64,000 bases of DNA from Dehalococcoidia bacterium (GCA_963665775.2 CAXXTF010000002.1:192001-256000), one strand, 5' to 3'; positions 30,712 to 40,550 are shown, counted from the first letter of the stretch. Translations and numbers: made by a program. The notes: generated from the letters alone by a model not told the origin.

Positions 30712-31800
30712 TCAAGATGATCCGAGCGATCGAGGGCCGGTGGCGCATATTGGGCAGAGAGGGGATATGAAGAGGTCCTCCGGCCTCACCCTTAGGCCCT
30801 TGGCGAGCTTTCGAACAGTGGTCGGACGTGGTGATTGCCGCCCGGCTTCGATCAGCGCCACCGTCGACTGAGTCACCCCAGCAAGCTCGGCCAACTCGCG
30901 CTGAGTCAACACCTTCCTCAGGCGCCACTCACTCAATTTTATTGAAATAGCCATATGGGTTGTTCCCGATGGTTTGACCGCAGGCGGCGCGGCGGGAGAC
31001 GCCTGCGATTGGGGCGTTGACGTCAGATCTGCTGCAAGTTTGATCGCGGATGGAAGGGTCGTCGTTTCCGGACTGGTTTCGGTGGCTTGTAGCCGCCCGC
31101 TATGGGTCTCAATGAGGGCATCGTAAGTTGACCTACGCTCGGAGTCGCCAAGCACCGCGAAGGCTTCCTCTACTTCTGCCAGATCTTGAGCGGACCCTGG
31201 GTCAGTGCCAGCGAGGTTACTGTACTTTTGCGCCAGGTACTGATAGGCAATCGCAACTATCTCTGGCTCCGCGTGGTGCTCGAGGTGAAGCTCCGCATAG
31301 TAATCTTTGTCCTCGAAGGCTCCCTTGGAGTGCAGCCGCCCGAGAGAAGCGAGGAGGGCCAAGGTCACGAGCCCAGCAAGAGTCGCGCTGGAGGCCAGGA
31401 TGATGGTCCGACGCCAGTCGGCAAGGTGGTCCGACAGATCCCCGAGCCCTGACCAATGGTCAAATAGAGCCACCCCTAGGGCGAGCGAGGCCACCAACGT
31501 TAGGACCCACCAGGCGTCATAGGCGGTGTGCCGGAGAGCGCCGGTTAGGTTTCCGAGAGCGGTCCGGCGTCGCCGTGTTGCAGGCGTATCCGTGGAGCCC
31601 TGGAGCTGGAGCACGCCGATGGCTGACATAGCCTCGTTGAGTTGGTTGAGCCGCGCTCCGGCTGTGAGGTCCGTGCTGGCGGCGTTGTGGCATCTGTTGG
31701 CGAGGTGCCAGTAGCACCGTTCAATGATGCTGATATCGGCGGAGGGCAATACCCTGAGCACTCGGTAGAAATTACGGTCTTTGGTGATTTCCGCTTGCAT
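30712..31800 (-). CDS. Membrane protein with two degenerate J-domains and a C-terminal XRE HTH
   Basis: NFYRVLRV..AD..I..Y..LA and DYY..L...AY..LA.KY...EAFAVLGD.ERR..YD; LTQRELAELAGVTQSTVALIEAG. Confidence 0.7.
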   Translation of the reverse strand: MQAEITKDRNFYRVLRVLPSADISIIERCYWHLANRCHNAASTDLTAGARLNQLNEAMSAIGVLQLQGSTDTPATRRRRTALGNLTGALRHTAYDAWWVLTLVASLALGVALFDHWSGLGDLSDHLADWRRTIILASSATLAGLVTLALLASLGRLHSKGAFEDKDYYAELHLEHHAEPEIVAIAYQYLAQKYSNLAGTDPGSAQDLAEVEEAFAVLGDSERRSTYDALIETHSGRLQATETSPETTTLPSAIKLAADLTSTPQSQASPAAPPAVKPSGTTHMAISIKLSEWRLRKVLTQRELAELAGVTQSTVALIEAGRQSPRPTTVRKLAKGLRVRPEDLFISPLCPICATGPRSLGSS

Positions 31801-32298
31801 GTTCCAACCCCGAAGGACATACGCCAGACAGGCACCGGCCAGTGCCCTCTGATGCAGGGCCCTAGATATAATTCAACGTCATATCGGCGAATTCATTACT
31901 ACGACGCGTGAGGAGACGCTTTCGAAAGCAGTAGGCGGTCCCCGGCGACATCAGTGATCGCCAGGCAGATGGTTCGGGCTGGGCAGCCGGATGCCCACCA
32001 TATCCCTGCTAATCCTGAGCGGAGCGATCCAGAAACCGCCTCAATAGTTCGAGTTGGTCGTCGCCGGGTTCGGCGAGGTCAAAGGCCCCGACATAGCTAA
32101 TCGTGTCGCCATCCTGAGGAATATAGCCGCCCCAACCGGGCACCCTGCGGAACTTCGCATTTGGCGCAGCCGCCGTCAAGCTATGCGCACCTGTGGGGGC
32201 TCAAAATACGCGCTGATACCCCCGACGTTCGATTTGGCTGCTTAGTACCCGCTGCTCGGCCACCTGGTGGGCCTCGCTCCAAGGCCCAGGGGAAGGGA

Positions 32299-32316
32299 CA
32301 CTATTCAGCCATAGCG
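32299..32316 (+). repeat. Palindromic putative recombination site (spacer TCAGCC)
   Basis: CACTAT TCAGCC ATAGCG; 32303..32321 identical to 60225..60243. Confidence 0.75.
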
Positions 32317-32454
32317 TGCGGCTTCGTGGTATGAGCCGCAGCAGGCCGGCCCAGAATCCTCACAACGTCTTGTACCAAGATCTCGTCGTTCGCCTTCGAA
32401 TGATTTTCTTGTCAAAGAACCCCAATAAGTTAGCGCTACTATAGCTTGTCTCAA

Positions 32455-32482
32455 TTGACCGTATATGATATATGCCTAACAT
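32455..32482 (+). promoter_or_regulatory. Sigma70-like promoter
   Basis: TTGACC-16bp-TAACAT upstream of the binding-protein gene. Confidence 0.45.
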
Positions 32483-32521
32483 CAGCCTTAGAGTGGGCTG
32501 ACGTTCACGTAAGGAGTTACC

Positions 32522-34327
32522 ATGGAAGAGAAAAACGGTTACTGGCAACGATACTGGCGCAGGAGGCTGACCCGGCGCACTTTGCTACGCGGCACGGCGC
32601 TGGGCGCAGCCGGCCTGACGGCAGCGGCAATCGTCGGTTGCGGGGATGATGAAGAGGGGGTGGCGAGCCCGACGGCGACCCCTGCCGCCACGACTCCTTC
32701 TGCCACGACGCCTTCCGCCACGGCGACACCGGTGATCAAGCGGGGCGGCCTCCTACGAATAGCCAACCGTTCACCGATCGCCTCCTTTGACCCTAACAGG
32801 TCCACCGGCGGCGGGTCGCTGAACACCTTGGATCTCATTTACAGCCGGCTATTCAAGATGGCCTCGGGGCCCGGTACCCCGGTGTGGACGAGCAAGACGG
32901 AAGGGGACTTGGTCAAGTCCTCCGATATCTCCCCCGACGGGCTCGTCTATACCTTCAAGCTCAGGGATAACGTAATGTTCCACCCACCCGTGAGCCGGCT
33001 CATGACAGCCGACGACGTGATTTTCTCCTGGCGACGTTTCAAGGGGGAGATTCCCGGCACTGAACCCGCCGCCGAAGTACAAAGACTTGCCTTTGTCAAA
33101 TCGGTGGAAAAGGTCGACGGCCTGACCGTACGCTTCACTTTGGACGAGCCCATCGGCACTCTCTTTGCCCAGCTCGTAAACCCCCACAGCCTGGCCATCT
33201 TTCCCCAGGAGATCGGCACGGCCTTCGACTCGGCGACGGAGGCAGCGGGGTCGGGACCGTTCATGCTTGAGAAGCACGACATCGGCAGCGTGGTCACTGT
33301 CCGTAGGAACCCCGATTGGCACTTTGGGCCCGATAAGCCCTACCTGGATGGGATCGAGCAGTTCATCATCCCTGAGTACGCCACCCAGTTCACCCAATTC
33401 CTTGGCGGAAATCTTGACCGGCTGACGGCCGTGCGGCCTACGGACTTAAAGCGAGTGATGGACACGGTGGAGGACGTGGTACTGGACATCTATTCCGGAG
33501 GATCGGTGCACGTTGTCGCCTTCTCCGGGAACGAGCCGGCGGCTCCCTGGACAAACCCGCTGGTGCGGCAGGCCCTCTCCATGGCCATCGATCGCGAGAC
33601 CATGGCCGAGGCCGCCTACGACTACACGGGTCTCAAGGCCCTGGGTATAGACGTTGAACCCGTCATAAATAACTTCTTCCCTTCGGGATACACGGACTAT
33701 TGGCTTAACCCACGAGGCACCGTGATTAAGCCGGAGAACGCCCGCTTCTTTAGCTTCGACCAAGAGGGGGCCAAGAACCTCCTGGCGCAAGCCGGCTATG
33801 GGGACGGATTCAGTGCTAAGTTCCACTATGTTACGACCTTCCCCTCGGAATACACGAAGATGGCCGAGCTGATGGTCCAGTATTGGGGCCAGATCGGAAT
33901 CAATTTTACACTGAGTGCGATCGACTACAGTGCTGACTACGCCCCAAAGATTCGCAAAGGTGACTTCGAAGGCCTGGCCTATATCATAGCGGGCGGCTCG
34001 CCCGACCCGGTGGATTTAGTGTCATTCATGTATGCTAAGGACGGCCCGCGCAATCCTAGCCGGGTCGACGACCTCGCCATCCAGGCCGCAATCAAGAAGA
34101 TCCAGCTTAATCCAAGTGAGGCCGAGCGGATTCAAGGATCCCTGGACCTGCAGAACGGACTCCTGCCTGAGAATATGTACTACATACCGACTCCAGGGGG
34201 CTCGGGCCCCGTGATTAACGCTAACCAAGCGTACATGAGAAACGTAATAGAGTATCACACGGTTGGAGGTTCGGGCGTCTACACAAACTCGGTCAACTTC
34301 CCCAACTTCTGGAGGGCCGACGTTTAG
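32522..34327 (+). CDS. ABC family-5 substrate-binding lipoprotein, Tat-type signal
   Basis: TRRTLLRG + IVGC, YTFKLR, GSGPF, VRQALSMAIDR. Confidence 0.93.
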   Translation: MEEKNGYWQRYWRRRLTRRTLLRGTALGAAGLTAAAIVGCGDDEEGVASPTATPAATTPSATTPSATATPVIKRGGLLRIANRSPIASFDPNRSTGGGSLNTLDLIYSRLFKMASGPGTPVWTSKTEGDLVKSSDISPDGLVYTFKLRDNVMFHPPVSRLMTADDVIFSWRRFKGEIPGTEPAAEVQRLAFVKSVEKVDGLTVRFTLDEPIGTLFAQLVNPHSLAIFPQEIGTAFDSATEAAGSGPFMLEKHDIGSVVTVRRNPDWHFGPDKPYLDGIEQFIIPEYATQFTQFLGGNLDRLTAVRPTDLKRVMDTVEDVVLDIYSGGSVHVVAFSGNEPAAPWTNPLVRQALSMAIDRETMAEAAYDYTGLKALGIDVEPVINNFFPSGYTDYWLNPRGTVIKPENARFFSFDQEGAKNLLAQAGYGDGFSAKFHYVTTFPSEYTKMAELMVQYWGQIGINFTLSAIDYSADYAPKIRKGDFEGLAYIIAGGSPDPVDLVSFMYAKDGPRNPSRVDDLAIQAAIKKIQLNPSEAERIQGSLDLQNGLLPENMYYIPTPGGSGPVINANQAYMRNVIEYHTVGGSGVYTNSVNFPNFWRADV

Positions 34328-34462
34328 AAGGGCCTTCAGCGGGGTATTTATGGAGCAAAGTGGCAGCATCTCCTTCTACCTAGCAAGGGCGGTGTAGACT
34401 ACCCGTGCTTCTGGAGGGCCGACGGCGAGAAGGGGTCCGGGTAGGACACCCAAAGGAGTTCA

Positions 34463-35410
34463 GTGCAGCGTTACTTAGCTAGACGGCTTCTCCTGGTGAT
34501 CGTGACCCTGATCGGGGTGTCGATGGTGGTGTTTATGGCCGTCCGCTTCTTGCCGGGGGACGTTGTTGTACAGCTAGCTGCGGAGCTGGGCGCCTCTCCC
34601 GAGTTCCGTGCGGCCATAGAAAAGAAGTATTCCCTGGGCGAGAACCTTCCCCAGCAGTACTTTGAATGGGCGGGCGATGTCCTATCCGGCGACCTGGGAA
34701 CCTCAATCATTAGCACTCGGCCCGTCGTAGATGAGCTGAAGGTCCGGCTGCCGCCTACTTTCCAGCTCGGCCTGATGGCCATGACCATCGCGCTGATCAT
34801 CTCCCTGCCGGTGGGCATTCTTTCCGCCATCCGTCAGGATTCTTTTATCGACTTTGTGGCCCGCAGCTTCGCTATCGGCCTGCTGGCGACGCCCAGCTTC
34901 TGGATCGGCCTCCTGGCCATCAGCTACGGGTTCATCTGGTTGGGCTGGACGCCGCCGTTGCGGTATCACAATCTGTGGGAGGACCCGGTGGCCAACATTA
35001 AGCTAATGTGGGTGCCGGCCCTCATCCTAGGCACTCACATAACTGGTACGGTCATGCGCCTGACCCGTTCGACGATGCTCGAAGTCCTCCGCCAGGACTA
35101 CATTCGGACTGCTTGGTCCAAGGGCCTTCGGGAGCGCGTCATTGTCACCCGGCACGCGCTGCGCAACGCTATTATCCCGGTGATTACTGTCATCGGTATG
35201 CAAGTCCCACTGCTGTTGGGTGGTACGGTTATCCTGGAATTCATCTTCTCGATCCCGGGAATGGGTAGTTACTTCTTGCTCTCCATTCAGCTAAGGGATT
35301 ATCCAGTGGTGCAGATCGTTGTCTTGATCTCGGCCGTGGCCGTAGTTATGAGCAATCTCGTCGTCGATCTGGCCTATTCGCTCTTCGATCCGCGGGTTCG
35401 TTACGCGTAG
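34463..35410 (+). CDS. Peptide/nickel ABC permease (DppB-like)
   Basis: QDYIRTAWSKGL, DPRVRY. Confidence 0.95.
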   Translation: MQRYLARRLLLVIVTLIGVSMVVFMAVRFLPGDVVVQLAAELGASPEFRAAIEKKYSLGENLPQQYFEWAGDVLSGDLGTSIISTRPVVDELKVRLPPTFQLGLMAMTIALIISLPVGILSAIRQDSFIDFVARSFAIGLLATPSFWIGLLAISYGFIWLGWTPPLRYHNLWEDPVANIKLMWVPALILGTHITGTVMRLTRSTMLEVLRQDYIRTAWSKGLRERVIVTRHALRNAIIPVITVIGMQVPLLLGGTVILEFIFSIPGMGSYFLLSIQLRDYPVVQIVVLISAVAVVMSNLVVDLAYSLFDPRVRYA

Positions 35411-35415
35411 AAGTC

Positions 35416-36312
35416 ATGGCTAGCGAATCGACTGTCTTAAAAGAGATCAGCCGTCCGGTCGATCTTACCCGCTGGGCAAAGGGGCTGTTACGTTTCGCCA
35501 GGCAGAAACCGCTCGGCACTTTCGGGGCCGTTGTTATCCTTATATTCCTCCTAGCGGCAGCGTTCGCAGACGTCGTAGCGCCCTATCGCTTCGACGACTT
35601 CGACATTCCGGGACGCTTCAGCGCGCCCAGCATCCACCACTTCTTTGGCACCGATGACCAGGGACGTGACGTTTTCAGTCGTATAATCTACGGGGCCCGC
35701 ACATCGGTCTTCACCGGCTTTGGGGTGGTGGCCATAACGACGGTGCTGGCCACTACCATCGGAATAATCTCCGGCTATTACGGCGGACTGGTCGACCTCA
35801 TCATGCAGCGCCTGGTCGATGTCTGGATGTCGTTTCCCGCGTTGGTCTTCCTTATTTTGTTTGCGTCGATCGTTGGGACGAGCATATTAACGCTCACCCT
35901 CGTGATATCCGTTCTGTTTGTGGCCCGCTCCTCACGGGTCATACGCAGCGCCACGCTGACGATCAAGGAAAATACGTACGTTGATGCTGCCAGAGTCCTC
36001 GGCTGCCGTGACATGCGCATCGTGCTACGTCACATTCTGCCGAACGTGGTTCCCATCATCCTCATTACAGCCTCTATCCAGATAGGTGCTGTCATCCTGA
36101 TCGAGTCGTCGCTATCTTTCCTTGGCTATGGTATTCCGCCCCCCTTCCCTTCCTGGGGCCGTATGCTTAACGAATCCCGGCTCGACATGATAAATCACCC
36201 GTACCTAGCCCTATTTCCAGGAGCAGCGATCGCTCTTACGGTGTATGCGTTCAACATGTTTGGCGACGCCCTGCGGGATGTACTGGATCCCCGTATGCGC
36301 GGATCAAGTTGA
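35416..36312 (+). CDS. Peptide/nickel ABC permease (DppC-like)
   Basis: FGTDDQGRDVFSR, GDALRDVLDPR. Confidence 0.95.
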   Translation: MASESTVLKEISRPVDLTRWAKGLLRFARQKPLGTFGAVVILIFLLAAAFADVVAPYRFDDFDIPGRFSAPSIHHFFGTDDQGRDVFSRIIYGARTSVFTGFGVVAITTVLATTIGIISGYYGGLVDLIMQRLVDVWMSFPALVFLILFASIVGTSILTLTLVISVLFVARSSRVIRSATLTIKENTYVDAARVLGCRDMRIVLRHILPNVVPIILITASIQIGAVILIESSLSFLGYGIPPPFPSWGRMLNESRLDMINHPYLALFPGAAIALTVYAFNMFGDALRDVLDPRMRGSS

Positions 36313-36931
36313 GGCAATGCATCCCTGTTTCTCGCTGACCCCTTTACCATCGGAGCCGGATGGTGGATGCCCTAGAGGTCTAGCCGCTCCGCCCTTGCCA
36401 GCCGGATGGGAGAGTGGGCACGGTTGCCGGATCCACGATCCGGGCCGCTATCCACCCGGCCCTCCAGATACGCTCTGCTCCGGGCAACAAGGCGGAACGA
36501 AGTCTGTGCCACACATTACGATGTTGACAGGAGGCGGTCTGGGAGTATTCTGGTTCCGCTAAGACACCTCTAACCACATCCGGTACTTATACGCCCAGGA
36601 ATTAAAGTAGCGCCAATAGGCCAGCGAGGCTGGGGGATGTCTCTCCTACGCGCAGCGCTGGCCGTCTCACGCGACCTGGGCATCCGCCCCCTCGTGGTGC
36701 GAGTCCTCTCCCAGCGAGATCCCGTCTCCGACTTAAACCCAATGCGTCTGAATCCTGACCGTAACGGAGTGCGTTTTCCTCGGGGTTCCTGAATCTGCGC
36801 CGTCGCGCCTAGAGCTAGATGCTTGGCAAGCAATCGGTCTAGACCGATTGACCTGTTTAGATACGGAACAGGTTCTGCCGATATCTCGGCACTCAAGCAA
36901 GCCACGAATGGTCATCGTCGTGATTCATGGT

Positions 36932-36953
36932 GACACCATTAACTCATAGTGTC
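36932..36953 (+). repeat. Palindromic putative recombination site (spacer TAACTC)
   Basis: GACACCAT TAACTC ATAGTGTC. Confidence 0.8.
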
Positions 36954-37231
36954 GTCGAGTCGTCGGCACTGGAGGGGGCCTGACGTAACATGGGGCCGTG
37001 GGCGATTGCGCATTCTGTGGCCGCAGGCCCGCTCCAGACTTTGCCGTGACTGCATGCGCCAGCGATCCGGAAGACGGTTCTTCGCACTGGCGGCGGGAGG
37101 TCTTGCCGGTCTGCCTGCGCTGCCACCGAGCGCTGGCGCATGCGGGTCCTGAAGGGCGGAAGCTGAAGACGACGGGTGAGCGCTGGTGGCTCGGGCACGG
37201 GCATGGGCAGATTGAGTCGAAAGGAGCGCCA
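36938..37231 (+). repeat. About 300-bp imperfect direct repeat, copy 1 (copy 2 at 61683..61976)
   Basis: Collinear from ATTAACTCATAGTGTCG through the zinc-finger ORF. Confidence 0.9.
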
Positions 37232-37243
37232 AGCGCGAAGTGA
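36998..37243 (+). CDS. Small CxxC..CxxC zinc-binding protein, copy 1
   Basis: CAFC...CLRCH; frame and cysteines conserved in copy 2. Confidence 0.7.
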   Translation: MGDCAFCGRRPAPDFAVTACASDPEDGSSHWRREVLPVCLRCHRALAHAGPEGRKLKTTGERWWLGHGHGQIESKGAPSAK

Positions 37244-37300
37244 TTGCCTTCCGGTGGTACACTCTGATTCCTATCGGACGGGCCAGAGGGAGGCCGAGTT

Positions 37301-37387
37301 ATGAGAGGGTGGGCCATCTGGGGGGCGACGGTGGCGATACTGCTGCTGGGCAACGCTATCGTCTGGCTGATGGTGGCTAATCCGTGA
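37301..37387 (+). CDS. 28-aa hydrophobic peptide
   Basis: GGGAGG RBS; MRGWAIWGATVAILLLGNAIVWLMVANP. Confidence 0.4.
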   Translation: MRGWAIWGATVAILLLGNAIVWLMVANP

Positions 37388-37436
37388 ATTGGTCCTTGAA
37401 CGGTCTCGGCTCCAGGCTAGAGTCTGAGCGTTCTGG

Positions 37437-37455
37437 CACCATGGCCAAAATCGTG
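37437..37455 (-). repeat. Palindromic putative recombination site, 7-bp spacer (TTTGGCC on - strand)
   Basis: CACCAT GGCCAAA ATCGTG, 2 bp from the stop of the last core gene. Confidence 0.55.
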
Positions 37456-37457
37456 AT

Positions 37458-38369
37458 TCACATACCAGTGTCCAGACCCCTTTCCGCTTCTGCTTTCAGG
37501 ACCTCCAAGAGGTGCCCGCCCAACTCCCCCATCTCTCGATCATAGGAAACCGGCACCCAGTCCGCTGGGTCCTCTCGGATACGCCTCGCGGATTCAGCGT
37601 CTTCCTCAACCTCTTCCCACACGAGCGCCCGGGCCTTATCCACCGGGAAGACGCTCTCCCGTCGCCAGGCATTGCTGGGCGAAGCGCCATCCTTCATCTC
37701 GTCGAGTAGGTCCTCGATCAAGGGCCGGTCGTACTCCGAGATCTGCCTGACAATGCCGGTGGCGAACCCTTCAGCGAAGTCGAGCCCGATCGCCCTGCTC
37801 TCGTCGACCAAGTAGCCGTAGATCGCCTTCACGTCGCCCGCTAGTCGGCGGGCGCGGCCGATATGAAACTCCAGCGCCTCCGCTATCCGCTCATCGAGCT
37901 GAATGCCGCCCTTCTTGCCGAATGGCGATCGTTCTTTATTGCCCCAGATGCCCAGGCGGACGGTGCCGACGGTGACTCGCAGTTCCAACGGTTCGCCGGG
38001 CTTGAGGTTAGGATTCTTCACCAGCAGGGCGTCGGCGACGGCGGGGTCGAAGACGATGGCCTCCTCCAACTCGACGAGCGCCCGCTCGAACCAGAGGATG
38101 CGGTCCCGCAACAGGAGCTGCCTCCGAGCTTGGTCGACAAGCCGGGTCAGAAGATCCAGGTTCTCCAGGAGCGACTTGTATCGGCCGATTACGGTGTTGT
38201 AGCGGGTGCCTTCCTGGGGGTTCAGCGCCCGAACCATTTTGTGGCGGTCGCCCGGCGAGAGCACCGGCTCCTTGCGGAGGCCATCCTCGATGTCCAGGCG
38301 CGCCTTCTTTTCTGGCGACAGGCCGCTAATGATCTCTTGCAGGCGCTTCTCTGGCGACGTCATGGGCAC
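37458..38369 (-). CDS. Hypothetical helical protein
   Basis: 303-aa ORF abutting the upstream gene; no recognised motif. Confidence 0.7.
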   Translation of the reverse strand: MPMTSPEKRLQEIISGLSPEKKARLDIEDGLRKEPVLSPGDRHKMVRALNPQEGTRYNTVIGRYKSLLENLDLLTRLVDQARRQLLLRDRILWFERALVELEEAIVFDPAVADALLVKNPNLKPGEPLELRVTVGTVRLGIWGNKERSPFGKKGGIQLDERIAEALEFHIGRARRLAGDVKAIYGYLVDESRAIGLDFAEGFATGIVRQISEYDRPLIEDLLDEMKDGASPSNAWRRESVFPVDKARALVWEEVEEDAESARRIREDPADWVPVSYDREMGELGGHLLEVLKAEAERGLDTGM

Positions 38370-38756
38370 CTATCCTCTCGGCTTCCTCCGGACGCTGTCC
38401 TCCAGGGCTCGCAGCCGTTCATCGAGGGTGCCTTTCTCCAGGAGGTTAACGCTTACTTGGGCCAGGTAGGCCAGGGTGCGGGAGCGTGCGATCGAGTTTT
38501 CTTGCGACAGGGTGTCTACGACTGCGACTTCGATGAGCCTTCGGATCTGGCCGACGGTCTCCAGCCCTTCGATGTCATAGGCGCTGGAGACGGCCTTCTC
38601 CTTGCGTCTGCGAAGGCCGCCCAGCCGCCTGGCCTCTGTCACCTCCTCGGCGTGGTCCGGCGAGTGCCAGAGGCAGAGGTCGCCGTCCTGCAAGGGAGCG
38701 GCCCGACAGGGTGTACCGTCGTCTTTGACGAACTTACAGGTACGAGCCGCCACCAT
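38370..38756 (-). CDS. Small Cys/His protein (HGGxSTG-like, terminase-small-subunit-like)
   Basis: C-x5-G-x2-C-x10-C-x2-H followed by ARRLGG and a helical tail. Confidence 0.6.
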   Translation of the reverse strand: MVAARTCKFVKDDGTPCRAAPLQDGDLCLWHSPDHAEEVTEARRLGGLRRRKEKAVSSAYDIEGLETVGQIRRLIEVAVVDTLSQENSIARSRTLAYLAQVSVNLLEKGTLDERLRALEDSVRRKPRG

Positions 38757-38861
38757 TGACCACCTCTGCTAATCGGGGCCCTCGAAACGAGGCAGACCCC
38801 CGGAGGGGCCTGCCGTGCGCGCTATTCGGTTGTTGTGGGAAGTTCAGGCGGTCTCGAAGTC

Positions 38862-39281
38862 CTACGGCCAGTGGCCCTTGGGGCACCCCTGTGGCTCGAC
38901 GCCCTCCGGCGCCTGGAAGGGCTCCTGGCAGGCCGAGCAGAAGAAGAGTCCGTCCTCTAGATGGCTGATCAGGCCGTTGACCCGGTTGCCGTTGGACTTT
39001 GATGGCTTGATGGCTGCCTTCTTCGGCTTGGCCTCCTCGCTGCCAGCCAGGCTCCAGAAGCGCCAGCCGTTGCAGGACTTGCCGCCCATGACGGCGCTGC
39101 CGGCGGAAGATGGGCTGCTGTACTCGTGGCCGTCCTTCAGCCGGTAGCGGATACCGTCGTCTGCTTCGACCACCTCCGCCGTATACTCCTGGCCCTTGTA
39201 GCGGGCCACGAGACGCGTTCCAGGTGGTAGGTTCCTGTTCTCGATGGGCATGACGCCCCTCCTCTGAACTTGGTGCTCCAT
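38862..39281 (-). CDS. DUF2924/RAMA-like DNA-binding protein with C-terminal zinc ribbon
   Basis: LVARYKG, YSSPSSAGSAVMG..CNGWRFW, CSAC..CPKGH. Confidence 0.7.
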   Translation of the reverse strand: MEHQVQRRGVMPIENRNLPPGTRLVARYKGQEYTAEVVEADDGIRYRLKDGHEYSSPSSAGSAVMGGKSCNGWRFWSLAGSEEAKPKKAAIKPSKSNGNRVNGLISHLEDGLFFCSACQEPFQAPEGVEPQGCPKGHWP

Positions 39282-39305
39282 AACTCACTCTGGCCGGGAA
39301 CGAAG

Positions 39306-40550
39306 TCAACGGGTCTTCCCCTCCTTCTCGGCCTTAAGGCCGGTGAATGACTCCCAACGGGCGATCGCTATCCGGCAATAGTGTGGGTCCAGTTCTAGGC
39401 CATAGCAGACCCTCCCTGTCCGCTCGGCGGCGATGAGGGTGGTGCCGGAACCGAGGAAGAGATCGAGGACGATGTCGCCCGGTCGGCTGCTGTTCTCGAT
39501 GGCCCGCTCCACCAGGGCCAGTGGCTTCATCGTGGGGTGCAGCTCCGACTCCGATGGGCGGGGGATCGTCCAAACGTCACCCTGATCGCGGTCGCCGCAC
39601 CAGTGGTGCGCGGCTCCCTCCCGCCAGCCGTACCAGATGGGCTCGTAAGCGCGCTGGTAGTCAGCCCGGCCGAGGGTGAAGCGATCCTTGGCCCAGATAA
39701 TGGTGTCCGACCAGTGGCCGCCAAGTTCCTCCAGGACACGGGAAACTGTCGGCCACTCCTTCGTGGACATGCAGACGTAGAGGGCTCCCTCGACACTGGT
39801 CAAGAGATTCTTGGCCCAAGCCCGGCAGAACGCCTCCCACTCTTCAGGCTCAAGAGCGTCGTTCTTGATTCGGCGCTTGCGGGTGCCGCGCTGCTGGCCA
39901 CCGTGGTCCCCATAGCTCACGTTGTACGGCGGGTCCGTGAAGGCCAAGGAGGCCTGCCGTGTGTCTGCCAGGCGGCCAACGTCGCCGCCCTCGGTAGCAT
40001 CGCCGCACATGATGCGATGGTCGCCGAGTTGCCAGACCTCGCCGCGCTCAACGCCAGGGTCTGGTTGGGCTGCCTCCAGGGCTGCATCGAGGTCAAACGA
40101 CTCGGGGCGGTTCCGTTTCTCGCGGCTGTCGAGGGTGCGGAGCAGGTTCTTGATTTCGTCCTCCGCGAAGCCGGTGAGAGTAATGTCGACATCGGGGGTG
40201 TCCTGGAGATCGGCGAGAAGGCGGGCCAGTAGCTCCTGGTCCCAGTCACCGGCGATGCTGTTGAGAGCCAGGTTCAGGAGCTTGGCCTGCTCGGTAGTAA
40301 TGTTGAGGTAGATGACCGGCACCGTGTCTAGGCCGAGCCGGCGGGCAGCGAGGAGGCGCTGGTGACCGCCGATGACCACCGAGTCCTGGCGCCGGGCGAT
40401 GATGGGGTCAACTAGGCCAAACTCCCGGATGCTGCGGGTGAGCGCATCCAGTTCGGTATCAGAGATGCGGCGGGGGTTAAAGGGGTCGGGGCGCAGATCT
40501 TCAACGCATACGTAATCGACCTCAAGCTCGTCACGAATGCTGCTGGGCAT
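39306..40550 (-). CDS. ParB-N domain fused to N6A/N4C DNA methyltransferase
   Basis: NPR, IGGHQRL; HRIMCGD, TDPPYN, HPTMKP, DLFLGSGTT. Confidence 0.92.
   Translation of the reverse strand: MPSSIRDELEVDYVCVEDLRPDPFNPRRISDTELDALTRSIREFGLVDPIIARRQDSVVIGGHQRLLAARRLGLDTVPVIYLNITTEQAKLLNLALNSIAGDWDQELLARLLADLQDTPDVDITLTGFAEDEIKNLLRTLDSREKRNRPESFDLDAALEAAQPDPGVERGEVWQLGDHRIMCGDATEGGDVGRLADTRQASLAFTDPPYNVSYGDHGGQQRGTRKRRIKNDALEPEEWEAFCRAWAKNLLTSVEGALYVCMSTKEWPTVSRVLEELGGHWSDTIIWAKDRFTLGRADYQRAYEPIWYGWREGAAHHWCGDRDQGDVWTIPRPSESELHPTMKPLALVERAIENSSRPGDIVLDLFLGSGTTLIAAERTGRVCYGLELDPHYCRIAIARWESFTGLKAEKEGKTR

Noticed and set aside
32660-32730. Short tandem repeats here and at about 2940-3200, 49270-49400 and 62220-62330
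   Set aside because: They encode Pro/Thr linkers of surface proteins; not CRISPR or VNTR loci.
37863-38759. Long + strand ORF and similar antisense ORFs (e.g. 23628..24407, 39537..40232)
   Set aside because: Shadow frames of well-supported genes in GC-rich DNA.
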